Part shown: positions 28,024 to 38,687 of the stretch, one piece after another | How positions within the stretch are numbered: position 1 is the stretch's first letter | Layout of the letters: every line of letters starts with the position of its first letter | Virus record (IMG/VR): IMGVR_UViG_3300020595_003017 | Span: 126,529 to 190,528 of that record | Source: a virus | Direction: 5' to 3' (one strand) | Length of the DNA: 64,000 nt | The notes under the pieces: generated by a model | Told to the model about the DNA's origin: nothing | The model's database searches: none | The model's input: only the letters and a program-made list of their open reading frames with translations | Program-made: the position numbers and the translations under genes

Positions 28024-31000
28024 GTGTTAAAAAGCTTTTTGAAAAAAGTAACAAAGGAAAGCCAATTAGTAAGTACTTGAAGAAGTCTTCATCTACTTCT
28101 ATTGATCCTAAAATAGAATCGTTAGGTCACTTAAGTGAAAGCGTCGAAAAGCAAAAATATTTTCTACCGCCGGTAGACTATTCCCGACCTGAAAACTTTG
28201 CAAGGTACGGGTCTGCTGAAAAATATTATAGTGCAGCTTTCGATCATATTGTTAATAACTATCCTTATGATGGGTCTGGTTTAGAAAAAACAAAATTTTA
28301 TAATGATTTATCGCCTTTAGAAAAATATACTCTGCAACATGTTTATCCTAAGGAGACTGGATTTGTTGCCTTTGGGTCAACTTATGGTGATGTTTCTGGA
28401 ATTACTGACAATACCACAGGGTATTACTCCTCGTCAATAGATTTCATCCAAGCAAAAGGTGGACCACACTCAGGAACTCTATACTCCTCTGGCAGCAACA
28501 AAACAACAAATATAACTTTTGGTGGACCGTCCGGATCTACAGTTGAATTCTTACTCAAGAAAAACGACCTTATCCCAGCCAGTAATGCCCAATCAAATAA
28601 CCAAGTAATCTTTGATTTGGTTAACGGTGATGGGTCTTCACATGACGGGGGCTCTATTGGTGGCGGCGTTACTGGATCTACAGGCTACGCCCGCATGAGA
28701 ATAGAACTCCGCCACCCCGATCAGGATAGATTTTTTGTTACACTAGTTTCTGGAACCACTGGGTTTATGACACAATCAGTCCCCACAACAGGCGGCCTAG
28801 AGATTGCAAGTGGTTCTTTTCATCACTATGCCTTTGTTTTTAATACGTCTGGATCAGATCCTACTATAGATTTTTACATGGATGGTGTTTGTCATCAGAC
28901 ACATATTACTGCTAGCAGTTACGCCGGTAGAGACCCGGCACAAGCTGATGATCCTTCTGTCGGCGGTGTGAAGTCAGGCTCTATATCTCAGGTCACGGGA
29001 ACAATGATTGCAAACATTGGCGCTCTTAGAGCCCCGGTTAGCGGCGCATCTGATGATATGATGCCCGCCGAAGGCTGGGGTAAGTTATCCGCCTCGATAG
29101 ATGAGTTTAGATTTTGGAAAACAGCTAGAACAGGTAAAGAAATAGGAAGAAATTGGTTTACAGATGTTGATGGTGGTGCTGACGTAGATGATCCTGACTT
29201 TAATTTAGGTGTCTATTATCGATTCAACGAGGGAACAACGGGAACTAGTAGTATAGACAAGGTTTATTTAGATTATGCCGGCAGGCTGTCTAACGCTTCT
29301 CATGTTGGCTACAGCGCAACGAATTCTAGACAAACAGGGTCAGGGATTAATTTATTGGGACTAACAGATGTATTTGAGGATGCGTCGCCTGTTGTTAGGG
29401 TAGGGAATTTAAACTTCCAAAATATCAAGACAAATCTTGAAGAGTCTGGATCTCAGTACGATTATGGAAATACCTCTAACATGATGAACACGCTTCCGTC
29501 ATGGATATCTGAAGAGGATGAAAACACTGGTGGTGAACTTAGAAACCTAAATCAAGTTCTAGGCGGCTATTTTGACACCTTGTATGTACAAGTGTCACAA
29601 CTTAATCAGATAAAGGATTTAAGATATTTAAGTGGCACTCTAACTGGAAGCTCAAATGAATTTCCATACAATGATAGAATTTTAGAAAATTTTGGACTTG
29701 AGGTCCCAGAGTTGTTTGCAAATGCAACTGTTCTGGAGAGATATTTTAACCGCTCGGAAGATAAAAACTTTGAGCAAACAATTGAGAATATTAAGAACAC
29801 GATTTATAAAAACATCTATAACAACTTGTCCTACATATACAAGTCTAAAGGAAATGAAAAGGCGATAAGAAATCTCATTAGATGTTATGGTATTGATGAT
29901 GATGTAATATCTCTTAATACTTATGCTAACGAATATTCTTATACCTTACAGGAAAATTACAAACAAGTATCAAGCAAGAAAAAATATGCAGATTTTTCCG
30001 GCTTAACAGATGCAACTAGTTCAGCCGCTACTTGTTATCAGTTTTATGATTCAAGCAATCCAGCCTCCCATGGTGCAATATCAGGATCAGATGGGATTCT
30101 AGCATCTTTGGGTATTACTGCCCAAGCAGAGTTTATATTCCCTAATAGGCAAAGATTCGATGAGTCCAATGTAACCTCTGTAAGTCAGTCATTTTATCTT
30201 AGTTCTTCTTTGTTTGGTTGGCATACACCTGCTAGTGCCACTCATGTAGCTGACACTGGAATGCACGCTCAAACCTGGGCAGACATAAATCCGGAGACTG
30301 CTGGTGTATCTGACAAAGGATTTCAGGTTTATGCGGTTAAAACACAGTCAGCATATGCTGAGATAACCGATGATCCAAAAAAAGGAAAAGACGTTCGGTT
30401 TATTGTAAAAGATAGATTTGATAATACTTTGATTACAAGCTCTGTGTTTCAAAATGTTTATGATAATCAAAAGTGGAACCTGTCTTTAACTTTGGCACCT
30501 GAAAAATATCCTTTATCTGGAGGCGTTGCTGGTGTAGTGGGGCCTGGATCTGCCCGATACAGCTTATCTCTTTATGGAGTCAATTATGACTCTGGAATAA
30601 AGAGAGGGTCTTTCCTTGAAATTGCCAGCTTGCCTCATATCACAGGATCTGAATCCTTGGCACTTGATAAAAAGTTCTTTATTGGAGCACATCGAACTAA
30701 CTTTACAGGATCTGTGCTGACAAATACTGATGTCAGGGCTAGTAGCCTTAGGGTTTGGTCAACAATTTTATCAACGGGAACAATAGACTTACACGCTAGA
30801 GAGGTTGATAGTCACGGCACCATACATCCGTTCCGCCAGGCGTATGAATTTGCCTCCTCCTCGGAAAGTTCATATCCTGATTTGTTCATACCTGAAATAG
30901 AGACTTTGGCTCTAAATTGGGATTTTTCAAATGTCACGGGAAGCGACACCTCTGGTAGGTTTATTGTTGCTGACATGTCCTCGGGATCATCAGGTTCGGC

Positions 31001-34000
31001 TGTTGGTGTAACCCCAGCAGTGGGTGGATATGAGGCAACTTATCAGGGACCTTTATTAAGTAATATAAATCTTAGACAACACACAGGACGAGGAGAGTTT
31101 TTCTCGGATACTTATGATCCTGTCACAAAACAATATATTGAATCAAGTAGGAAAAATCTGCCAGAATATGTCGCTAGTAGTGATATGATTGAGATTCAAG
31201 ACGCTGATGTCCAAATATTTCAGCCAACAATGAGACCGTCTAATTTTTATTATTCTTTGGAAAAGAGCATGTATCAGAGTATCTCTAGAAAGATGCTTGA
31301 TTTGTTTGCGTCAATGGACGATTTTAATAATCTGATAGGTGAGCCTGTCAATACTTATAGACCAAATTATAAATCCATGGAAAAGATGCGGGAGATATTC
31401 TTCCGAAAAGTTGGCAATACACCAGACTTGGAAAAATATGTTAAGTACTTTAAGTGGATAGACTCTTCTATAGGACAATTGGTGCAACAACTATTCCCAG
31501 CTTCAGCAAAACACTCTGAAGAACTCAGAACAATTATAGAGAGTCATGTCTTAGAGCGGAACAAACACAAATATAGTTATCTAGGTAATAGGCAAGAGAT
31601 GCTGTCTCTTGTAGACGATGGTATAGAATCACTTGTAGGCGGTGATTTAGGTTACTCTCAGAACAGTTCAAGTGCTCAAACAATACGAGAAAATCGTAGA
31701 CAAGGACTTGACAAAACAGTCAGCTTATCTAGTTTTAGTCTTACTAATCAAAAAGCACCACAATTTAAGTTCTTGACTCCACCGTTGAGTGGTCTTCAAA
31801 AGGACAACACAGGGTTCTGGAAATATACTGCCGATGTTCCAACACTGTTATCCTCGTCCGTCACTGACTTAAACTCAGCCAAGACTAGCATAAGAAACGC
31901 AGCTAGAAGCGAAGATCTTAGAACTAGGGCTGTCAATATATCTGCTTTTTACGAACAAGAAAAGATAGACAACAGAAGTCTCGTACAAAGAGGTTCTAGT
32001 CCAGCTAAGAAAAATAACATTTTTGATGTTAATACGGATAATTATGAGGTTTTGCCGGACAATGAAGATGTAAGAAAAGTTGTTCCAAATCAAAAAAGAA
32101 AGATACCGTTTAGAGCAAATGCTTTTATAGACGGGGACAAGTCTGGAGACTTGATAGCTCCATTTAGTGCCTACGATTTAAGTGGGTCTGAGGTCATCGC
32201 TGGTTATGTTACTGTATTACAAGCGGCTTCGAGTTCTTTGAATCTTGATGTTACTAATTTTCATGAGGACATACCGGGTAACTATAATGATGGTATGCCG
32301 TTACAAGGGCCATTCACTAGTCAACATGTGGGTGGACTTTTGGGTAGAAATGTACCTGCCTTAAAAGAAAATATTCTTGCACAAAACATAAACAGAAGAG
32401 AAGTGTTTTCTACAACTGTTACAAGTCAGAGCAGTTCTGTGGCACGGATTGTCCTTGATGCTGGAATATCTGATCCTGCAACTGAACTTAACGGATTAAC
32501 AGTAACTTTAACTCTCGGAGGAGTTGATTACTCAGCCACTTATAATGGTGCGGTAGATGGTGCTGATACGTCAAAAACTGTTATTGGCGTAGCTGATGCC
32601 TTTGATGCCGACGACGCAACAACAAATTTAGTAACAAGCTTAAATCTGGCCGCAACGGCTGATGGTTTACCTCTGGCAGCTTCCATTAGCCTTGCTGGGG
32701 CAAACGTACTTACCGTATTTGGAAGTAATGTTGGACCCAGAGATAATGGCACATCTTTCGCTGGCACGGCGTTTGCTGGAGGATCACCCAAAGCAACTAC
32801 TTCTGTTTTCGCCAGTGGTAGCTTGTTCGGCATAAATTTAGCAACACATAAAATAGGTACTACACCAAAGGGTCATTATACCCGCAACAACCTAGCAAAG
32901 TCACCAGTCAATATTGCTAATGTAAGATCTGCAACAGGCAGCTTAACAGCAGCAGGCAGTTCAAGCAGGGGTATACAAATACTAGGCAACTTTGATAAAA
33001 ACTATGAAGTAATACATGGCTTTGGACGAGAAAATGCAAACATGGATTTTGTGTTTAACAATCGCTTTTATACAGCAAGCAATCCAACTGCATTTTTAAC
33101 AACTCCTGCTCGACGTTTAGCTGGACTTACTGGCTCTGCTGATTATACAGCGCCACGACAAAAAGAAACAAGAAGAACAAACAAGAGCATAATAGCGAGC
33201 AGGTTTGCCGCACCCGGTAGCAAAGAGGATTCAAAACAGCAATTTAGAGATATTGCTACAGATCAGTTTTCTCCTAATAATGCATTGCCATTTAGAAACC
33301 TTCTCATAAGGAATATTTTTAATTCTCAGTCCATGACCTTTACTGGGTGGGGCGGATTTAAAAATTCAGATGTTGTAGGTATACTCCCTGATCCAAAAAT
33401 AACAGATGCCGTATCACCAATGGACAATAATCAGGGTCCTGTTGCTTTGACACAATTGAATGAGGGTTCAGGTTCTTTTGCAGCCATACACAAAACTCAA
33501 AGGAACCAAACTTCTAGGTTTGAAATTCTTGAAAATTATCCTGTTGGATCATCTTCTGACGCACCTTATAATCCTGATGGTGGTGAATACAGAACATTTC
33601 AGACAGCCTCCGTCAGAGACAACGATTTTGTACAGAGACCAATACCTGCTGCCGACAGAATAAAGTGGTTTACCTTTTTAACAGGCGCTAATTTTACAAG
33701 AGACATAAACCGTGCCGGGGCTGGCTTAAAAGATCAAGAGATCGAGTGGACCTTATCAGGTTCTAGATTCCCAGAATCAATAATTGTGATCAAAACTGAT
33801 TATGCCAACACTGGCTCTGTTGAGTTGAACGGTTATATGCTTGGGGCATACTCTCTCAATAATAGTAAGAGATATGATGCAGTATCGAAAATTAATCCAC
33901 AGAGGCCTCTCTCTGTGATTTATAATTACGATCCTTTTTATTCCAGAATACAGCCACCAGCACCCTGGACCCAAACAAGAGTTGGTCAAACCACACTAGG

Positions 34001-37000
34001 GTCTTTTCACAGAAGGCAAAATTTATATGAGTTAGTGCCTAAAAAATCACCGCTCCTTGAGCCAAAAGGCATAAGAGACCCGGAAAAAATGTTTGAGGTG
34101 TTTTCTACAACAACTCGCACTGATATTGATAGGGGATACTTTGAGAACGCAGCACTTCAATATAATCCAACACAACTTGTTGAAAGAAGTATAGACTTTA
34201 GGCATTATAAAAAGTTTAAAGAACCGCCTGTAACATCAAGATATAAGCCTTTAATTCATACAATTGAAACTCCATCCGGAACACCAGAGAATATTAATGG
34301 TGACCCCGTTACAGTAGATGTTAGATACTCTTACGGTAATGTATTGCAAGGATTTGCAAATAGAGATCTTAATCAGGAAATACAAGGGTCTAGAAATTAT
34401 TCTTTGGGTAAAATAAAACGTCCATATGAGGTATTCTTAGACTACAGAAGGGACGGGGTTGACGAATCTATTTCTGGCTTGGGTGATATAAAGTCATTTG
34501 TGTACGAGGAAACTATTTTTCCAAAAGAGGTATACACTTATCTGTCGGGAACTAGAGCTAGATTATCTTTTACAAATAGAACTTTTTGGAGAGATGATCA
34601 AGTTACGGGATCACAAGATATTTCAGCGGTTGTGGCGGATATGGGCGGTGCCACAGAAGGGGTCGGCACCGCTTTTAACAATATCATAATGGAGAGGAAC
34701 AACAGACAGTTCCCAAGGATGAAAGATAATTTCACAACTTCTCAGGGAACTCTTTTAATAAAAACCATGCAGGTTCCAAATTCTAAAAATGTAGCGGACT
34801 ACGAGGAGACGAGCGACGGCAGTATATTAGGTTCCGGTTCAGTATGGCCACTAGACTCTTTCATGTACTCAGATTACATGCTTACAGATTTAACTGGTGG
34901 CGCTACTGATCAAAAGTTTGCAACTAATATGGCTAGCACTTTGCCGGCTGGTGAATTGATGATGGTTCATTACGGTAGAGCTTTTCTCAACGCTGCACCT
35001 CTCCATACAGCGTCGTCTACGACGAGTGATGTGTGGACTACCTCAAGTGTAAATTCTGCCCAATATGTTTATGTTGCTCCTTGTCTTATATCCGGAACAT
35101 ACGGGAGTGCCAACACTAGAGATCTTAGGGTTACCGCATCATATCCTGGCTGTCCATCTCTTGCTCTGCCTCCGTGGACCGCAGGTACAAGAAGAAGATT
35201 TGTTGATGGAATAAACAAAGGACAACTTGCTCCCGAGGGTCATCCTTTCTATGACGACTATGATACATGGAAAAAAGAAATAAGAGTGATAGCTAAAGAT
35301 TATGCCATCGTACCAGAGTTTAGAATTAGCGAAAACTTAGAGGAATACAAGGTACAAGGATCTGTTACCTCATTTATTTCTTCATCAATTGAGTTAACTG
35401 GCGCATCCGATACTGTGTTTGATTCTACTGATAGTGATTTCTTGGAGAGGTATTCTACATCCGATGTCATGGAATATTTGAATCCATTTATGCAGGCAGG
35501 GAGCGATGATTTAGAAATTAATAAATATCCCCGCCAATTATCTTTAAAATCTGATGCTGTGTTGAAACTCTTGCCATATGATGGGTTTTATCCAGTTTTA
35601 AGAACAGTACAAATAGCTCAATTATTCTCTCAGTCTTACGGTCCACATGCAATTTATGGTGGAGTATCTGCAAGCCACCCAGGAAGATGGCGAACACTGA
35701 CTCGTCCTTTCTTTGCACCTGGAATTTTATACAACTCCATTAAGGGTGGTGTTGCAGTTAGTCATCCTGTCAGAAGAAAATTAGGTGCAGACAACGTTAG
35801 TGGACAACCAATTTTGCAGGACATCAATTACTTGACAGCATCTGCCATTGTCCTTGGCGGCACTACCTGCTTTATGGACACTTATATGGAACCCCTTCGA
35901 GGCTGTTTGAGCGGCACTAATATCGCTACTCTTGAGCAATTCCCCGGCGGCAGAAGAAGACGCCGCCAAGGGGGAGAAAGTAATTACAACTTTAGTCTTG
36001 ATGTGGTATCCGAATTGTTTTGGGCTGATTCAGTACCCTTTGAGGGATTATTAAATCCTTTACAGCATATTGGTGAGGGCAAAGAGGCTCTATTGACACA
36101 TGATATTAATACTTACATACGACATTTTGTCTCGGCATCGATCGGGCCCGATGCTGCTTCAGATGATAATCTTTACAGATTAGCAATGTCTAATTTCCTT
36201 GCCTCTACGCCTGAATTCTTTTTGAAGAAAAAGAAAGAGGGTGGCTTTATGACAAAGATAGTGGCTGAATTGCCAGCTAAGAATGACCCGTCTTCCCCTA
36301 AAGGCAACGCTGCTGTTTCGGATACAGAACCAAGAACTGTTTTTGTTGATAAGAAAAAAGCATACTTGATGGAGGTTGTCCTAAGGAAGACTGATAGCTT
36401 TAACCTATACAACAACCCTGCTGCCTTTGGTATTCCAACTGCGACAGGTTCATCGCACTGGGACGGCACATCGGGCAATACTCGTCCAACAACAGGATCG
36501 TCTAACCCCTCTGACGGTTATGGAACTGTTCCTCCTGGTAGAGACTGGCCACGACATAGAGGTGAGTTTGCACCATTCACACCACCATACTACTACGGAC
36601 CAAGTGTTGCCAGGTTTACTTACTTTCCGGACGAATCAAAAAATGTAACATTGGATGAAATTCTTAATGGAACTGAGTTGTACGTTGAATATGTTAACGA
36701 AGATGGTTTTCATTACGAGGTAAGTAGTGGATCTTTTGCACTGCCCAACGGAGCGATAGTAGAATCATCAGGGTCCACTGAAATCGTTGATTATGGCTTC
36801 AATCGAGCATGGTTAAATAGAATGGATTTAGACGAAACGATCGTGATCGATAATAGTTATCCTTCAGACTTTGGAAAAGAGTTTTCGCCGGCAAATAAAA
36901 ACCGCTGGGTTATTATGCCTAAGTGGGAATGCCCGGTCCTAGATTTTCCCAGGTATGACCAGACATCGAGTTTGAGCGGCCCAGCACATACAGGTAGGTA

Positions 37001-38651
37001 TAATTTCTCATCGTCCGTTGCAATGGGTGCTTTCTCAACAAGTTCTGCCACTAAGGGAATGTGGCACCAATATGGTGTTATGCCAGATGACGGTCAGGGT
37101 TTGTATATGTATATTTCTGATGTTGATAGTCAAGCGGTTGAAATCAGAATGACAAATGATGATCCGAACCGAGAACGTTCGTCTTCGAATGCCTATAAAC
37201 TATTAAAAGTATTAAAACTTCCATCATTTGTCAAACGCTCTAAACGAGAAATAGATTCTTTGGCTAAATTAGTTGGCTTTAAGGACGAAGATATTATGCC
37301 ACCTGGGCAGTTTTTGCCGGATAAAGCAAAACGAATTGGTGAACTTGCAGAGGATGGGGAAAAAATACTATCGGAGGCAATTTTAGCTATTCCGTATTAC
37401 TATGATACAAATTCTCAGAAGGTGTCATTTGTAAACCTTCAGGCTGACGCCGACAAGCTAGGACCCAAAGTTAAAGAATTTAGAAGAGTCTTTTCCAACT
37501 ATTCTTTCCCGCCAGCTTTAAGAAAAGCGTTGCGAGGTTTGCTACCGCCAGATTATCCTAGCGTTCCTAATTTTATAAACCCTTTTGGTGGCGATGAGTT
37601 GGATGAGGTTCTCACCGATACAGACCTAGCAAAAGTTCCAGTTGTCTACTTGCTGGAACATAAAGTGTCTTTGTCAAGGCAAGACCTGTCCGATATATGG
37701 CAAGGTATCATGCCCGATGTTGGTGGGAAAGCGCAATTATCTGTTTCTTCAATCGATCACTATATGCCTGGTAAATCAACTGAAAAAGGTTCAAGACCTG
37801 TTTTTGACGAAGTGTTACAAAAACAAATTGACTTAGGTATAGAAAGAGATGGATTCCCACGAGTTGATTTACTGGATACAACTGCATTCCCTGATAGGAA
37901 TGGGTTTACTCCTGATATAAGATGGTTAGTTTTCAAAGTCAAAAAACGTGGCAAAACAAATTATACTTCAATGATTCTTAGTGAAATAAATGGCGGCGAT
38001 GATAAAACATCCTTTGCTTCAATATATGGTTATCTAGCAGATGGTCTTCCTGATGCTCAGAAGGAAGAACTGCTTAAGAGAAAAGATGAGTTTACAAAAC
38101 AACTTTATCATTCTGATAATTTGGGCGAGGGCAGAAACACTTTTAACTGGCCTTACGATTATTTTTCGCTAATAGAAATGACTAAGTTGACTGCTAAAGT
38201 TGGATTTAGACCAGACTTGCCTTACGCAGAAGTTGGCGAAGAGGCACAAGAATCAATTAGAAGGAAGGCTGCCTCAAAAATAGCAAAGTCTTTAAAACTT
38301 GATCCAAACATGATAGGTAGGCAGAAAAATGTTGGGACCCCTTCTTCTGCACCACCCGCAGCAGTAACTGTGGATGTGGACGCATTAGCTGCGGCAGCTA
38401 CGACTCAAGCTACAGCAGTGGCTGTACAAAACACAGCCCAACAAATGACTAATTTTACTACGGCAACAGCGATCGAGAGACCACCCGCACGCCCCCAATT
38501 TACGCAAGGATTGGGTAGAAGTCTAACTGTTAACACACGAGCTTTACAATCTGGTTTTAATAATAATAGCGGCGGCGGATTTTCTGGCGGCGGTGGCGGC
38601 GGATTTTCTGGCGGCGGCGGCGGCGGATTCTCTGGCGGTGGAGGCTATTAA
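28020..38651 (+). CDS. Giant virion protein (3543 aa) with LamG/concanavalin-A-like domain(s) and a Gly-rich tail
   Basis: SFHHYAFVF and SASIDEFRFWKTART are LamG-like motifs; S/T/G-rich; ends in (GGGFSGGG)x3. Confidence 0.7.
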   Translation: MSVKKLFEKSNKGKPISKYLKKSSSTSIDPKIESLGHLSESVEKQKYFLPPVDYSRPENFARYGSAEKYYSAAFDHIVNNYPYDGSGLEKTKFYNDLSPLEKYTLQHVYPKETGFVAFGSTYGDVSGITDNTTGYYSSSIDFIQAKGGPHSGTLYSSGSNKTTNITFGGPSGSTVEFLLKKNDLIPASNAQSNNQVIFDLVNGDGSSHDGGSIGGGVTGSTGYARMRIELRHPDQDRFFVTLVSGTTGFMTQSVPTTGGLEIASGSFHHYAFVFNTSGSDPTIDFYMDGVCHQTHITASSYAGRDPAQADDPSVGGVKSGSISQVTGTMIANIGALRAPVSGASDDMMPAEGWGKLSASIDEFRFWKTARTGKEIGRNWFTDVDGGADVDDPDFNLGVYYRFNEGTTGTSSIDKVYLDYAGRLSNASHVGYSATNSRQTGSGINLLGLTDVFEDASPVVRVGNLNFQNIKTNLEESGSQYDYGNTSNMMNTLPSWISEEDENTGGELRNLNQVLGGYFDTLYVQVSQLNQIKDLRYLSGTLTGSSNEFPYNDRILENFGLEVPELFANATVLERYFNRSEDKNFEQTIENIKNTIYKNIYNNLSYIYKSKGNEKAIRNLIRCYGIDDDVISLNTYANEYSYTLQENYKQVSSKKKYADFSGLTDATSSAATCYQFYDSSNPASHGAISGSDGILASLGITAQAEFIFPNRQRFDESNVTSVSQSFYLSSSLFGWHTPASATHVADTGMHAQTWADINPETAGVSDKGFQVYAVKTQSAYAEITDDPKKGKDVRFIVKDRFDNTLITSSVFQNVYDNQKWNLSLTLAPEKYPLSGGVAGVVGPGSARYSLSLYGVNYDSGIKRGSFLEIASLPHITGSESLALDKKFFIGAHRTNFTGSVLTNTDVRASSLRVWSTILSTGTIDLHAREVDSHGTIHPFRQAYEFASSSESSYPDLFIPEIETLALNWDFSNVTGSDTSGRFIVADMSSGSSGSAVGVTPAVGGYEATYQGPLLSNINLRQHTGRGEFFSDTYDPVTKQYIESSRKNLPEYVASSDMIEIQDADVQIFQPTMRPSNFYYSLEKSMYQSISRKMLDLFASMDDFNNLIGEPVNTYRPNYKSMEKMREIFFRKVGNTPDLEKYVKYFKWIDSSIGQLVQQLFPASAKHSEELRTIIESHVLERNKHKYSYLGNRQEMLSLVDDGIESLVGGDLGYSQNSSSAQTIRENRRQGLDKTVSLSSFSLTNQKAPQFKFLTPPLSGLQKDNTGFWKYTADVPTLLSSSVTDLNSAKTSIRNAARSEDLRTRAVNISAFYEQEKIDNRSLVQRGSSPAKKNNIFDVNTDNYEVLPDNEDVRKVVPNQKRKIPFRANAFIDGDKSGDLIAPFSAYDLSGSEVIAGYVTVLQAASSSLNLDVTNFHEDIPGNYNDGMPLQGPFTSQHVGGLLGRNVPALKENILAQNINRREVFSTTVTSQSSSVARIVLDAGISDPATELNGLTVTLTLGGVDYSATYNGAVDGADTSKTVIGVADAFDADDATTNLVTSLNLAATADGLPLAASISLAGANVLTVFGSNVGPRDNGTSFAGTAFAGGSPKATTSVFASGSLFGINLATHKIGTTPKGHYTRNNLAKSPVNIANVRSATGSLTAAGSSSRGIQILGNFDKNYEVIHGFGRENANMDFVFNNRFYTASNPTAFLTTPARRLAGLTGSADYTAPRQKETRRTNKSIIASRFAAPGSKEDSKQQFRDIATDQFSPNNALPFRNLLIRNIFNSQSMTFTGWGGFKNSDVVGILPDPKITDAVSPMDNNQGPVALTQLNEGSGSFAAIHKTQRNQTSRFEILENYPVGSSSDAPYNPDGGEYRTFQTASVRDNDFVQRPIPAADRIKWFTFLTGANFTRDINRAGAGLKDQEIEWTLSGSRFPESIIVIKTDYANTGSVELNGYMLGAYSLNNSKRYDAVSKINPQRPLSVIYNYDPFYSRIQPPAPWTQTRVGQTTLGSFHRRQNLYELVPKKSPLLEPKGIRDPEKMFEVFSTTTRTDIDRGYFENAALQYNPTQLVERSIDFRHYKKFKEPPVTSRYKPLIHTIETPSGTPENINGDPVTVDVRYSYGNVLQGFANRDLNQEIQGSRNYSLGKIKRPYEVFLDYRRDGVDESISGLGDIKSFVYEETIFPKEVYTYLSGTRARLSFTNRTFWRDDQVTGSQDISAVVADMGGATEGVGTAFNNIIMERNNRQFPRMKDNFTTSQGTLLIKTMQVPNSKNVADYEETSDGSILGSGSVWPLDSFMYSDYMLTDLTGGATDQKFATNMASTLPAGELMMVHYGRAFLNAAPLHTASSTTSDVWTTSSVNSAQYVYVAPCLISGTYGSANTRDLRVTASYPGCPSLALPPWTAGTRRRFVDGINKGQLAPEGHPFYDDYDTWKKEIRVIAKDYAIVPEFRISENLEEYKVQGSVTSFISSSIELTGASDTVFDSTDSDFLERYSTSDVMEYLNPFMQAGSDDLEINKYPRQLSLKSDAVLKLLPYDGFYPVLRTVQIAQLFSQSYGPHAIYGGVSASHPGRWRTLTRPFFAPGILYNSIKGGVAVSHPVRRKLGADNVSGQPILQDINYLTASAIVLGGTTCFMDTYMEPLRGCLSGTNIATLEQFPGGRRRRRQGGESNYNFSLDVVSELFWADSVPFEGLLNPLQHIGEGKEALLTHDINTYIRHFVSASIGPDAASDDNLYRLAMSNFLASTPEFFLKKKKEGGFMTKIVAELPAKNDPSSPKGNAAVSDTEPRTVFVDKKKAYLMEVVLRKTDSFNLYNNPAAFGIPTATGSSHWDGTSGNTRPTTGSSNPSDGYGTVPPGRDWPRHRGEFAPFTPPYYYGPSVARFTYFPDESKNVTLDEILNGTELYVEYVNEDGFHYEVSSGSFALPNGAIVESSGSTEIVDYGFNRAWLNRMDLDETIVIDNSYPSDFGKEFSPANKNRWVIMPKWECPVLDFPRYDQTSSLSGPAHTGRYNFSSSVAMGAFSTSSATKGMWHQYGVMPDDGQGLYMYISDVDSQAVEIRMTNDDPNRERSSSNAYKLLKVLKLPSFVKRSKREIDSLAKLVGFKDEDIMPPGQFLPDKAKRIGELAEDGEKILSEAILAIPYYYDTNSQKVSFVNLQADADKLGPKVKEFRRVFSNYSFPPALRKALRGLLPPDYPSVPNFINPFGGDELDEVLTDTDLAKVPVVYLLEHKVSLSRQDLSDIWQGIMPDVGGKAQLSVSSIDHYMPGKSTEKGSRPVFDEVLQKQIDLGIERDGFPRVDLLDTTAFPDRNGFTPDIRWLVFKVKKRGKTNYTSMILSEINGGDDKTSFASIYGYLADGLPDAQKEELLKRKDEFTKQLYHSDNLGEGRNTFNWPYDYFSLIEMTKLTAKVGFRPDLPYAEVGEEAQESIRRKAASKIAKSLKLDPNMIGRQKNVGTPSSAPPAAVTVDVDALAAAATTQATAVAVQNTAQQMTNFTTATAIERPPARPQFTQGLGRSLTVNTRALQSGFNNNSGGGFSGGGGGGFSGGGGGGFSGGGGY
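38571..38642 (+). repeat. 3 x 24-bp tandem repeat encoding GGGFSGGG
   Basis: GGCGGCGGATTTTCTGGCGGCGGT / ...GGC / GGCGGCGGATTCTCTGGCGGTGGA at 38571, 38595 and 38619. Confidence 0.95.
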
Positions 38652-38675
38652 TAAAAGGTAATAATTTTATTGTAG

Positions 38676-38685
38676 AGTATTTATT
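38676..38685 (+). promoter_or_regulatory. TATTTAT motif, candidate late promoter
   Basis: AGTATTTATT immediately before the ATG at 38688. Confidence 0.35.
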
Positions 38686-38687
38686 GT

